NCBI GenBank assembly: GCA_963663225.1
Contig: OY760142.1
Location: 1,536,001 to 1,600,000 of the forward strand
DNA: 64,000 bases
Direction: 5' to 3'
DNA from: Nitrospirota bacterium
GTDB lineage: Bacteria > Nitrospirota > UBA9217
A model generated the notes under the pieces. It saw only the letters and a program-made list of their open reading frames with translations. It was not told the origin of the DNA and did not search any database. Both the position numbers and the translations under genes were made by a program. This document shows positions 38,733-47,918 of this stretch, in pieces (the stretch's first letter is position 1; the number at the start of each line of letters is the position of its first letter).

Positions 38733-39236
38733 TTACTTTGATTGTGCGGGTGGAGCAGTCGGCTGCGGGACCGGTGTTTGCTGCTCTGCAGCGGATGGCG
38801 TGGGACTGGTTTTCAAGGATTCCTGCTGGTTTGCCGGGATCTGGGCTTCGGACGGTGTTTTATCTTGTGATGGTTCGCCCGGATGCACGGGTTCCGTCGT
38901 CTTGTATCTGGTTGGAGAAAAATTCGGGTCTATTTCGTACGCTCTGGCAAAATTCTCGCGGGATTTCTGGCGCGCGTCCACGTCGCCGGACCTTCCCTTA
39001 AGATAGTAAGCATAGCCAAGATAATAATAGGACTCAGCGTCGGGATTAATCGAGGCAGCTTCTTCAAATTCCCGAGCGGCCGCATCGAATTTTTTTGCCT
39101 TGAGAAGAAGAAAACCCTGCTCCATGTGTTTTACTGCTGCAGCCGAATCAAAAAGTTCCTCTGCCGGAAACGCCGGCGTGGCAATCAGAATCACAAGAAC
39201 CGCCGCTATTAAAATCAGCACAGGATTTTTTTTCAT
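38733..39236 (-). CDS. exported TPR protein with Pro/Gln-rich tail
   Basis: Signal peptide; TPR pattern (AESYYYLGYAY...AYEIDP). Confidence 0.8.
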   Translation of the reverse strand: MKKNPVLILIAAVLVILIATPAFPAEELFDSAAAVKHMEQGFLLLKAKKFDAAAREFEEAASINPDAESYYYLGYAYYLKGRSGDVDARQKSRENFARAYEIDPNFSPTRYKTTEPVHPGEPSQDKTPSEAQIPANQQESLKTSPTPSAAEQQTPVPQPTAPPAQSK

Positions 39237-39342
39237 GAGTTTTTCCTCCCTTGGCAACTATTCATAACCATAGCATAGTGTTTACATCCGTGTCAACTGG
39301 AATGAAAGGAGGCATAGCGCTCAAAGGCGCGTGTATTCCATA

Positions 39343-40287
39343 TCATGGCCACCAGAGGTACAGAAAAGAAACTCCGGGCTGTATCAGCCCGCCTGTGTCA
39401 ATGTTGACAAGATTCGCAGAGTATATGGTGGGACGGTATTCGCCCGGCCGGGCATAGAATACTACGGAGGCCTGTTCGAGATGCGCAGCTTTTTTAACCT
39501 CATCGAGAGCATCGCCAAGATAGGTGGTGCCGTCGATGAGGCCCGCGGCCTGTGCCTCTTGGCTTGTGTAGATGCGTCCGTCGGCAAGTTTTGCGACCGT
39601 ATCACGGTTTAATTTTCGCGCGGACGACACGGTGTTTACAAAGCGGTCCTGCATGCTGTTCACCACAGACTGAAAAATACCACGCTCCTCCGCAGAAAGC
39701 TGTCGAAATGGTGAACCCATTCCCTTTTTGTCACCCGATGATATTTCAAAGGCCTGCAGCCCGATTTTTTGCATCAAACCGGTTGCGTCAAAACGGATCA
39801 TGATCACGCCGATACTGCCGACGATGCTTGTCGGCTGTGCCGTAATGCGGTCGGCTGCCAGGGCAGCATAGTATGCGCCTGATGTGCCCATGTCCATGAT
39901 ATGGGCAAACACCGGTATACCGGTGTCCTTTTTGAATTTCTTTATTTCATGGTACAGCATATCAGATGCGGTTACGCCGCCCCCGGGGCTGTTGATTCTG
40001 AGCAGCAATGCCTTAATATTTCTATCTTTTCGCGCGCGGTCCAGTTGCTCGCGCGCCAGAGCAAGAATCCCCGGCTGTTTTCTGCTGCTGAATAAGGACT
40101 GGCTTTCATCGGCGCTGATGACGCCCGAGATGTCCATGACGAGGATTTTGTCGTTGCCATAGCCGGAAATTACTTGCTCCGTGAGAGGCTGCATTTCTTC
40201 AACCAGAGAAATTCTGAACAGGGTGCAGCCAGTCAGGAAAAACAGTGTAAGAATCAGAACGCATATTGCAGCAAAAATTCTTTTCAT
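39343..40287 (-). CDS. sppA: signal peptide peptidase SppA (36K type)
   Basis: INSPGG, SGAYY, GSIGV, DGRIYT; lipobox LTGC. Confidence 0.92.
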   Translation of the reverse strand: MKRIFAAICVLILTLFFLTGCTLFRISLVEEMQPLTEQVISGYGNDKILVMDISGVISADESQSLFSSRKQPGILALAREQLDRARKDRNIKALLLRINSPGGGVTASDMLYHEIKKFKKDTGIPVFAHIMDMGTSGAYYAALAADRITAQPTSIVGSIGVIMIRFDATGLMQKIGLQAFEISSGDKKGMGSPFRQLSAEERGIFQSVVNSMQDRFVNTVSSARKLNRDTVAKLADGRIYTSQEAQAAGLIDGTTYLGDALDEVKKAAHLEQASVVFYARPGEYRPTIYSANLVNIDTGGLIQPGVSFLYLWWP

Positions 40288-40347
40288 GATGGCCTCCTCT
40301 GCTGGCAGAACTGCGCAATTTTTTATACAGCAACGCTCAGGGGGTGA

Positions 40348-41064
40348 TTAGATCTCGAACGTTAAGCCGAGTTCGCTGCTGAAACCCTTGAGCACAGCAT
40401 CGATGATCTCTTCGATCGACACCTTACGCGAAAGCACCTGATTGACTGATGTGGCCAGGTCACCGGTGCCTGCGCCGGGGATTACCTCGGCCTCGAGGCG
40501 GGGGTCTAAATCGATCAAAACAGAGCCGTGCTGAAGAAAAGCGCCCGAGAGCCTGCGCTGCGCACTCCCGATGATTTTTTTGTTCCCGACCATGATTTCA
40601 TACCACGAAGGAGAGGAAAAACATGCTGGATTTTTTGGTCTTTTTTTTACTAAATCCGCAAGCATGCTGTTGTGTGAGACTGCTTCCGCGGCGATGCCGA
40701 GATTGCGGAGGCCGGTAATCAAACACGAAGCAATAATTTTGTATGTCCCGAGAACAGCGGGAGGGAACAGGGGATTGTCGGTGCGGGCGATAATGCTGTA
40801 TGTCAACTCATGACAATGGAATACTGCTCTGCCGCCGGTGATGCGGCGAATGACGTCAATGCCTCGCCTTTTACACGCTTCAAGGTTGACAGCCGTCTCA
40901 GCTTTTTGGAAACGGCCGAGCGATACTGCAGGTGGATTCCACGCGTAGAAGCGGAGTACCGGGGTTTGCTCGCCTGCCTGGGCACGCGCAAGCAGTTCCT
41001 CGTCCACGGCCATGTTATAGGCGCCGAAGTTGGCACCCGTTCTGAGCAGTTTCCAAGTAGTCAT
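40348..41064 (-). CDS. lipoate-protein ligase/octanoyltransferase (LipM-like)
   Basis: NMAVDE, RRITGGRAVFH, KIIGSAQ, LQHGS. Confidence 0.9.
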   Translation of the reverse strand: MTTWKLLRTGANFGAYNMAVDEELLARAQAGEQTPVLRFYAWNPPAVSLGRFQKAETAVNLEACKRRGIDVIRRITGGRAVFHCHELTYSIIARTDNPLFPPAVLGTYKIIASCLITGLRNLGIAAEAVSHNSMLADLVKKRPKNPACFSSPSWYEIMVGNKKIIGSAQRRLSGAFLQHGSVLIDLDPRLEAEVIPGAGTGDLATSVNQVLSRKVSIEEIIDAVLKGFSSELGLTFEI

Positions 41065-41169
41065 GGTGTGCGCCTCTGTGTTGATAAAGTTATGTTATCT
41101 GAAACAGAGAAAGGAGAGCAGTCGAATCAGAACGCATGCGGCAAAAAATAAACAGCCGTCGGATGCAAT

Positions 41170-41826
41170 TTACCGCTTCAACTTGTCGACGATATCAACG
41201 ATAAATCGCGCGGTTATTCCCCATATGGGACCCTGTTCGACAGTATAAAAATGAATGACGTATTTAACACCACCCCAGGATTTCCAGTATTTTTCCGGTA
41301 ACCCCAGTTCTCTGGCAGGGAACAAAACAATTTCTTTTCCCGTTGCTTCATCTGTAACAGTTGGATGGACATTCAGCATTGCCTCGTATTTCCGAGGTGC
41401 ATGTGCTTCAAAAAACGAAACCGGAACGCTGAAAACATGTTCCACTTCGTCCCGATTGGGAACGAGTTCATCAAGATCTTTGATATCCGCGATCCCCACG
41501 AAGGCGTTGACCACGACTCCCAAGGGAGCCACCATGGTATCGAGAGGGCCGATGACCTTTATTTTTCCAGCAGGAATGCCCATTTCTTCCACGGTTTCCC
41601 TGACCGCAGCTTGCTCATAGGTGCCGTCCTGTCGATGATAGACACCGCCGGGGAAGCATATTTCCCCGCCCTGCCGGATGTTCGGCCCTCTTTTTTGGAA
41701 TACAAAGTGGTATTCCCCGTTGAGAAAAGCCAAGAGGACAAGAATGGCGGTGTGTACATATTCTTCCCGCTCCTGGATTGCAGGGTATACAGGCAGGTTG
41801 TTTTGCAGTTCTTCAATCTGTTTCAA
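41170..41826 (-). CDS. Nudix hydrolase, CoA pyrophosphatase-like
   Basis: GEICFPGG, RETVEEMG Nudix box, IWGITA. Confidence 0.88.
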   Translation of the reverse strand: MKQIEELQNNLPVYPAIQEREEYVHTAILVLLAFLNGEYHFVFQKRGPNIRQGGEICFPGGVYHRQDGTYEQAAVRETVEEMGIPAGKIKVIGPLDTMVAPLGVVVNAFVGIADIKDLDELVPNRDEVEHVFSVPVSFFEAHAPRKYEAMLNVHPTVTDEATGKEIVLFPARELGLPEKYWKSWGGVKYVIHFYTVEQGPIWGITARFIVDIVDKLKR

Positions 41827-42219
41827 AAAAAATCCTTTCCCGGCGGGAAAGATGCCATTTCGCTTTTGAGCGATTTACCGGGTTGAATCAATAATGCCTG
41901 TTCCAGGTGGCCTCGAGAAATGCCAATGAAGCGTGTACCCTACAGAGCGAAGGTTGGATGGTAAAACAGGCATGGAGGGCTCACTCAGGAATCCAGGGAG
42001 ACTTCGTGTTATAATACTCACCATAAAAAAAATCGTCAAGAGAAAACGCCGGATAAAAATACTTGGCAGCTACAGACATTATGGTATAATATTTAAAATT
42101 TTACAGAGATTAAAAAACAGCGGATATTCGTTGAAAAACCGATATTCTCTTTCACTGAGTATAAAACCACACTATTTCAGGCCGCGTTCCGGGGGAGCGA
42201 GGGTCTGAAGGAGGTTGCA

Positions 42220-43944
42220 GTGCAGAAGGAAATGAACGGCGCGGAGATCATGGTCAAAAGTCTTGAGGATCTGGGAGTGACGCATGTTTTCGGCTATACC
42301 GGCGCAACCATACTTCCGGTGTATCATGCTTTGGGACAGAGTTCCATTGCGCTGACGGTCAACTCCAATGAACAGGCATGCGCTTTCAGCGCCGCCGGCT
42401 ACTCCCGGGCTGGCGACAAAGTCGGCGTTACCATCGTGACGTCAGGCCCGGCGATCACCAACACACTCACGGCGGTTGCGGATTCACACGCGGATTCGAT
42501 TCCGTTGCTTGTTTTTGCGGGGCAGGTTTTGCAAAGCAGGCTTGACACCGACGAGTTTCAACATGTTAATGTAAAAGAAGTTTTTGCCATGGCCACGAAG
42601 AAAGTTTTGTTGATTAACGACAGCTCCAATATAGAGGAAACGATTAAAGACGCATATTTTTTTGCAAAATCCGGCAAACCGGGCCCGGTCGTCATCGATT
42701 TCCCCTACGATGTACAGCGCAAGAAGGGTATTTATCGCGCCCTAGATATTGAACGGTACCGTTTAAAATACGATCAAGAGACGCATCTGGGCGGACACCA
42801 GTGCAGAAAATTTTTTGACCTGCTCAAGAACTCCAAGCGGCCGCTTCTGTATATCGGCGGCGGGCTTAATTCCCGGAAAGCCAGCGATAAGATCCGTGCA
42901 TTTGACCGGATGTTCAATATTCCCTCCATCAACAGCCTCATGGGAAAAGGCATTCTTGATGAATCGCTCGGAACGTCTCTCGGCATGCTCGGCATGTTCG
43001 GCACTCCGTATGCCAACATGGCCATTCAGGAGACGGACCTGTTCGTCGCGCTGGGCGTCAGGTGGAATGACCGGGTGGTCCAGAAGGTCGGTGAGTCAGG
43101 CCTCAAGGCGGAAATTGCCTATATCGACATTAATGCGGAGAAAGTGCAGGAAGTGCGGGTGACCCGCAACCCGAAGTTTTCCTTCATTGGCGATGCGAGC
43201 ACGGTCCTCGAAGATTTGATAGAATACGCGCAAAAAAACCAGATCAAGCTGGATATCGGCGAATGGCAGAAGCGTACCGCTTCCCTGAAACGGCGGTTTC
43301 CGCTCAACTACAACAGACGCGCAGCGGATATTCAGGCCGCGGAGGTGTTGGATCTTCTGTCACAGAACATGACGGAGGATACCAAGATCACGACAGGGGT
43401 CGGCAATCATCAGATGCTTGCCGCCCAATATCTGAAGACGGCGCGCCCGAAATCGTTTATGACCGCCGGAGCATTCGGGTCCATGGGTTTTTCCCTGCCT
43501 GTTGCCATCGGCGTGCATTTCGCAAATCCCACGTCACGGGTGATCGCCATTGATGGAGACAGCAGCATTAAAATGAACATGGGAGAGATCCATACCATCG
43601 GGGCCCTAGGGATTCCCATAAAAGTGCTGCTTCTGAACAACAGGGTGGATGGCATGGTGCGGACCATTCAGGCGGTGTTTTATGACCGCCAGTTTACCGC
43701 AACAGAGCGTGACTTTGACGCGAACTTTGCGAATATTGCCAAAGAGTGCGGTTTTCAATGGTGCCGCAAAATCCGGAAGCATGAAGAATTGGAGCCTTCT
43801 CTCAAAGAATTTCTGGCTGCGGAAGGCCCCTGCTTTCTCGAAGTCATCACCGACCGGGATGAAGGAGTTTATCCGGTGATTCCGCAGGGCAAGGGGTATA
43901 AAGACATGGTCCTTGGCGATTATATCAAAGAAGTTAAGGAGTGA
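42220..43944 (+). CDS. ilvB: acetolactate synthase large subunit-like ThDP enzyme
   Basis: TSGP, GKPGPV, MLGMFG, GVGNHQM, GSMGF, ThDP motif GDSS...NN. Confidence 0.85.
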   Translation: MQKEMNGAEIMVKSLEDLGVTHVFGYTGATILPVYHALGQSSIALTVNSNEQACAFSAAGYSRAGDKVGVTIVTSGPAITNTLTAVADSHADSIPLLVFAGQVLQSRLDTDEFQHVNVKEVFAMATKKVLLINDSSNIEETIKDAYFFAKSGKPGPVVIDFPYDVQRKKGIYRALDIERYRLKYDQETHLGGHQCRKFFDLLKNSKRPLLYIGGGLNSRKASDKIRAFDRMFNIPSINSLMGKGILDESLGTSLGMLGMFGTPYANMAIQETDLFVALGVRWNDRVVQKVGESGLKAEIAYIDINAEKVQEVRVTRNPKFSFIGDASTVLEDLIEYAQKNQIKLDIGEWQKRTASLKRRFPLNYNRRAADIQAAEVLDLLSQNMTEDTKITTGVGNHQMLAAQYLKTARPKSFMTAGAFGSMGFSLPVAIGVHFANPTSRVIAIDGDSSIKMNMGEIHTIGALGIPIKVLLLNNRVDGMVRTIQAVFYDRQFTATERDFDANFANIAKECGFQWCRKIRKHEELEPSLKEFLAAEGPCFLEVITDRDEGVYPVIPQGKGYKDMVLGDYIKEVKE

Positions 43945-44018
43945 GGTGCAGAATTAAAGCAGCGCAGCACGCAGCAGGAGTGGAAAAGAGCAGAGGTTCA
44001 TTGTTGCCAGGGGAAAGC

Positions 44019-44570
44019 ATGAAAAGAGGCTTGTATGTTGTCATTATTTTGAGCGTGCTATTTTTTCTGCATGATTTGTCGCATGCTGCTACTGCCGTTC
44101 AGGAATATCACAAGGCCAACAAGCTGTTTACCGCTGGAAATTATTCGAAAGCGATCACACTGTACCAATCGCTGCTTGCCGGTCCTCCCCGCGGCGTCTC
44201 GACAAGCGTCCTTCATACGCGAATCGCAGACTGCTATTTCCGGCTTGAAGACTATCGAAATGCACGGGAATCGTATCGCAAGGCCCTCACCGAACAGGAT
44301 GAGGCAGAGCGGCCGGCCACTCAGTACTGGATCGGGTTCAGCACGCTTTTAATGGGAAAAGACGCTGAAGCGCTGGACGAATTTTTGAAAATTCCCGAAC
44401 AATATCCCGATTCCGGCATGTGGGTCAGCACCGCCTACTATTGGGCCGGCAGAGTATGCGACCGCATGGGAAAGAAGAAACAGGCGAAAGACTATTTTCG
44501 AAAAGCGGGTGGACGCGGCAAGTCCGCGCAGGAACGGTTTGCGTTGGAAAAATCTAAAGCAGCAGAATAA
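44019..44570 (+). CDS. exported TPR protein
   Basis: Signal peptide; TPR repeats (QYWIG, AYYWAG). Confidence 0.8.
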   Translation: MKRGLYVVIILSVLFFLHDLSHAATAVQEYHKANKLFTAGNYSKAITLYQSLLAGPPRGVSTSVLHTRIADCYFRLEDYRNARESYRKALTEQDEAERPATQYWIGFSTLLMGKDAEALDEFLKIPEQYPDSGMWVSTAYYWAGRVCDRMGKKKQAKDYFRKAGGRGKSAQERFALEKSKAAE

Positions 44571-44643
44571 ATCTGAACACCTGCAAGGGACAAGGACAGC
44601 ACACCGCGTTTCTGCGGGTTTTTGAACAAGGCCTTGGGTTATT

Positions 44644-46344
44644 ATGCTGAAAGAGCTGAATATAAAAAACTTTGCCATTATTGAAGAACTGCGGGTATCG
44701 TTTACGCCCGGACTGAATGTGTTCACCGGCGAGACCGGCGCCGGTAAGTCCATTGTAGTGGACGCTCTCAACCTTGTGCTGGGAGAGCGCGCAAGCGCCG
44801 ACCTTATACGCACCGGATGTCCGGAGTCGGTAGTCGAAGCGGCATTTGAGCTGAACCGGGCCGTTGCCGGGGAAATCCGGGGTCTGCTTGCAGAGCAGGG
44901 GATTGCCGCGGATCCCCAGGAAGACCTTATTGTACGCCGGGTGCTTTCAGCTTCGGGAAAGAACAAGGTCTATATCAACGGGAGCATGGCCACGCTTGCA
45001 ACGCTTGCGGCTCTGGGGTCAATCCTGGCCGACATTCACGGCCAGCATGAACACCAGTCATTGCTTTCCCTTGAACGGCAGATGGCGATGCTTGATTCTT
45101 TTGGCGGGCTTGCGCCTCTCCGGGAGACACTGGCCGCTGCCTACTACCGGCTGCAAGACCTTCGGGTGGAACTTGCCGGACTGGAAGCTGGCGAGCGGGA
45201 TCGCGCGCAGCGGGAAGACATGCTGCGATACCAGAAAAACGAAATCGAAGCCGCAGCGCTCAAACCCGGTGAAGACGAGCAACTCGCCCTGGAGCAGAAA
45301 GTGCTGGCAAATTCGGAAAAGCTCGCCGGCCTTTCCCGCGCCGCGGACGAGGCGCTCTATGCGTCCGATGAATCGGCCCTGGCCTGTTTGAAGAAGGCGA
45401 TGACCAGTCTTCGGGAGATTGCCGCGATTGACGCCCGCCTTGCTCCGGTCCTTGAACTCTGCGAAGCAGGCCGCGCGCAGATCGAGGAAGCAGCGCGCGA
45501 AGTTTCCTCGTACGCGGACCGGGTGGAATTTGATCCCGACCGGCTGGAGATGATCGGAGACCGCCTGGATCTGCTCCAAAAACTCAAAAGAAAATACGGC
45601 GCCACCGTCGAGGACGTCATCGCTTTTGGCAACAAGACAACTGCCGAACTCGAGCGCATGGAGCGCAGCACCGAGAAGATTGAACAATTGAAATCGGATA
45701 TCCGGACAGCGAAGGCCGGTTTGACCGGCATGGCGCAGGAGCTTACGCAACGCCGCACGGCCGCTGCGCGGGATCTTGAGAAAAAAGTTGGTGCGGAACT
45801 CGCCCAACTTGGTATGAAGAACACAAGACTGAACATCGCAATCACGCAGGGACCGGGTGACGATACGCTTGACGGTCACGCGCTCGGGCCGCGCGGCGCG
45901 GATCGGGTGGAATTTCTTATCGCGCCGAACCCGGGAGAGGATCCGAGGCCGCTTGCGAAAATCGCCTCAGGAGGAGAGCTTTCCCGCATCATGCTCGCCC
46001 TTAAAACCATTCTCGTGGAGGGTGACGGAATACCCACCCTTGTTTTTGACGAGGTGGACGCCGGAATCGGGGGCGCTGTCGCAGAAGAAGTCGGAAAAAA
46101 ATTGAAGCGTGTCGCGTCGAACCATCAAGTTTTCTGCATTACGCACCTGCCCCAGATCGCGAGTATGGCATCAAGCCATTACGGGGTAATGAAATTTGTA
46201 AAAAAGGAACGCACGCATACCGAGGTACGCTTGCTGGGCAGGAAGGATCGAGTAGACGAGATCGCGCGCATGCTTGGCGGCAAGACCATCACGGAAGCGA
46301 CTTTAAAACACGCCGAAGAAATGATCGTCCAAGGATCTGAGTGA
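44644..46344 (+). CDS. recN: DNA repair protein RecN
   Basis: TGETGAGKS, IHGQH, ASGGELSR, FDEVDAG, ITHLPQ. Confidence 0.97.
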   Translation: MLKELNIKNFAIIEELRVSFTPGLNVFTGETGAGKSIVVDALNLVLGERASADLIRTGCPESVVEAAFELNRAVAGEIRGLLAEQGIAADPQEDLIVRRVLSASGKNKVYINGSMATLATLAALGSILADIHGQHEHQSLLSLERQMAMLDSFGGLAPLRETLAAAYYRLQDLRVELAGLEAGERDRAQREDMLRYQKNEIEAAALKPGEDEQLALEQKVLANSEKLAGLSRAADEALYASDESALACLKKAMTSLREIAAIDARLAPVLELCEAGRAQIEEAAREVSSYADRVEFDPDRLEMIGDRLDLLQKLKRKYGATVEDVIAFGNKTTAELERMERSTEKIEQLKSDIRTAKAGLTGMAQELTQRRTAAARDLEKKVGAELAQLGMKNTRLNIAITQGPGDDTLDGHALGPRGADRVEFLIAPNPGEDPRPLAKIASGGELSRIMLALKTILVEGDGIPTLVFDEVDAGIGGAVAEEVGKKLKRVASNHQVFCITHLPQIASMASSHYGVMKFVKKERTHTEVRLLGRKDRVDEIARMLGGKTITEATLKHAEEMIVQGSE

Positions 46345-46452
46345 TCGCCTGATCCGCAAAATCTTTTCTTGACAAAATACGGTTTTTCAGCAACTATTCA
46401 AGTTCCCGCATAAAACGGGAATATCGGATGGCAGAGAAGGGCAATCCCTACC

Positions 46453-47910
46453 ATGAGCAAAACTATTAAAAAAGTTCTTATCGCCAATCGCGGCGTTCCT
46501 GCTGTACGGATCATGCATACGTGCAGGGACAGAAAAATTCCGACTACTGCTGTTTACAGCACTCCCGACAGGCTTGCGCATCACGTGTTTTTCGCGGACA
46601 GCGCCGTGCACATCGGGGAAGCGCCGCCTGTCGAGTCCTATCTGAACATGGACAAAATTATCGAGGCGGCGCTCCGCAGCAAGGCCGATGCAATCCATCC
46701 GGGATGGGGCTTTCTTTCCGAGAACGATGCGTTTGCGCAGCGGGTCATTGATGCTGGACTGACGTGGATCGGACCGTCTCCTGAAGTGATCCACAAGATG
46801 GGGGACAAAATTCAGGCCAAGCTGCTTGCCCAGAAGGCCCATGTCCCCACCATCCCCGGGATCAGCGATGTCACGACCGGAGACCAGATTGAACAATGGA
46901 TGAAGCAGGAAAAAATTTCCTTTCCTATTATGATCAAGGCCGCGGCAGGCGGCGGCGGGAAAGGCATGGTCAAGGTTGAGCACAAGGGGCAGATAGAACA
47001 GGCCCTTACCCAGGCGCGGTCGGAGGCTAAAAAATCTTTCGGTTCTGAAACTGTTCTGGTGGAAAAATACATAGAGCGCGGACGGCATATTGAGGTTCAA
47101 ATTGTCGCCGACACGCACGGAAATGTAGCGCATCTCTTTGAACGGGAATGCACCATCCAGAGGAGACACCAGAAAATCATCGAAGAAGCGCCTTCGCCCA
47201 CGCTCGATGACGGACTCCGCCAGGAAATCTGCTCCACTGCGGTGCGGCTTATGAAGGAAATCGGATACACGTCGGCAGGCACCGTCGAATTTCTGTTTGA
47301 TTCGGCAACGAGAAAATTTTATTTCATCGAGGTCAATACCCGGCTGCAGGTGGAGCATGGCATCACCGAGCTGACGATCGGCATGGACATTGTCGGGATC
47401 ATGCTTGATGTCGCCATGGGAAAGAAACTGCCGTTCAAACAGTCTGACGTGCACCGCAACCGGTGGGCCTTGGAAGTGCGTCTGAATGCCGAGCATCCGC
47501 GGACTTTCAGCCCGTCCTTCGGCACCATTACGCGGCTTGAGATCCCCGTCGGGCCGGGCGTTCGCGTGGCATCCGGAGTATACGAGGGGGCTGACATTCC
47601 GCCGTATTATGACTCCCTGTTCATGCTGCTTATGACTACGGGCCCGGACCGCAAAGAAGCGATACAAGCCATGGACCGCTCCATGAGCCGGGGGCTTCGA
47701 GTGGAAGGAATTCATACCCTGGCCCCACTGCTGCACAGCATTATCCGGCACCCCCAGTTTATCTCCGGCGAGTTTTCCACCCGGTTTATAGAAGAACATA
47801 TGGGAGAATTGATAGCCATGTTCCCCGAAAAGAGCAGCGAAGACGAAGTCCTGAAAATTGCGCGATATGTTGCTGAAATATCCGCGCAAGGACCTCAGGA
47901 TTGGATGTGA
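46453..47910 (+). CDS. biotin carboxylase subunit (pyruvate carboxylase subunit A-like)
   Basis: LIANRG, HPGWGFLSEN, GGGGKGM, QRRHQK, EVNTRLQVEH, PYYDS. Confidence 0.92.
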   Translation: MSKTIKKVLIANRGVPAVRIMHTCRDRKIPTTAVYSTPDRLAHHVFFADSAVHIGEAPPVESYLNMDKIIEAALRSKADAIHPGWGFLSENDAFAQRVIDAGLTWIGPSPEVIHKMGDKIQAKLLAQKAHVPTIPGISDVTTGDQIEQWMKQEKISFPIMIKAAAGGGGKGMVKVEHKGQIEQALTQARSEAKKSFGSETVLVEKYIERGRHIEVQIVADTHGNVAHLFERECTIQRRHQKIIEEAPSPTLDDGLRQEICSTAVRLMKEIGYTSAGTVEFLFDSATRKFYFIEVNTRLQVEHGITELTIGMDIVGIMLDVAMGKKLPFKQSDVHRNRWALEVRLNAEHPRTFSPSFGTITRLEIPVGPGVRVASGVYEGADIPPYYDSLFMLLMTTGPDRKEAIQAMDRSMSRGLRVEGIHTLAPLLHSIIRHPQFISGEFSTRFIEEHMGELIAMFPEKSSEDEVLKIARYVAEISAQGPQDWM

Positions 47911-47918
47911 GGAACACG

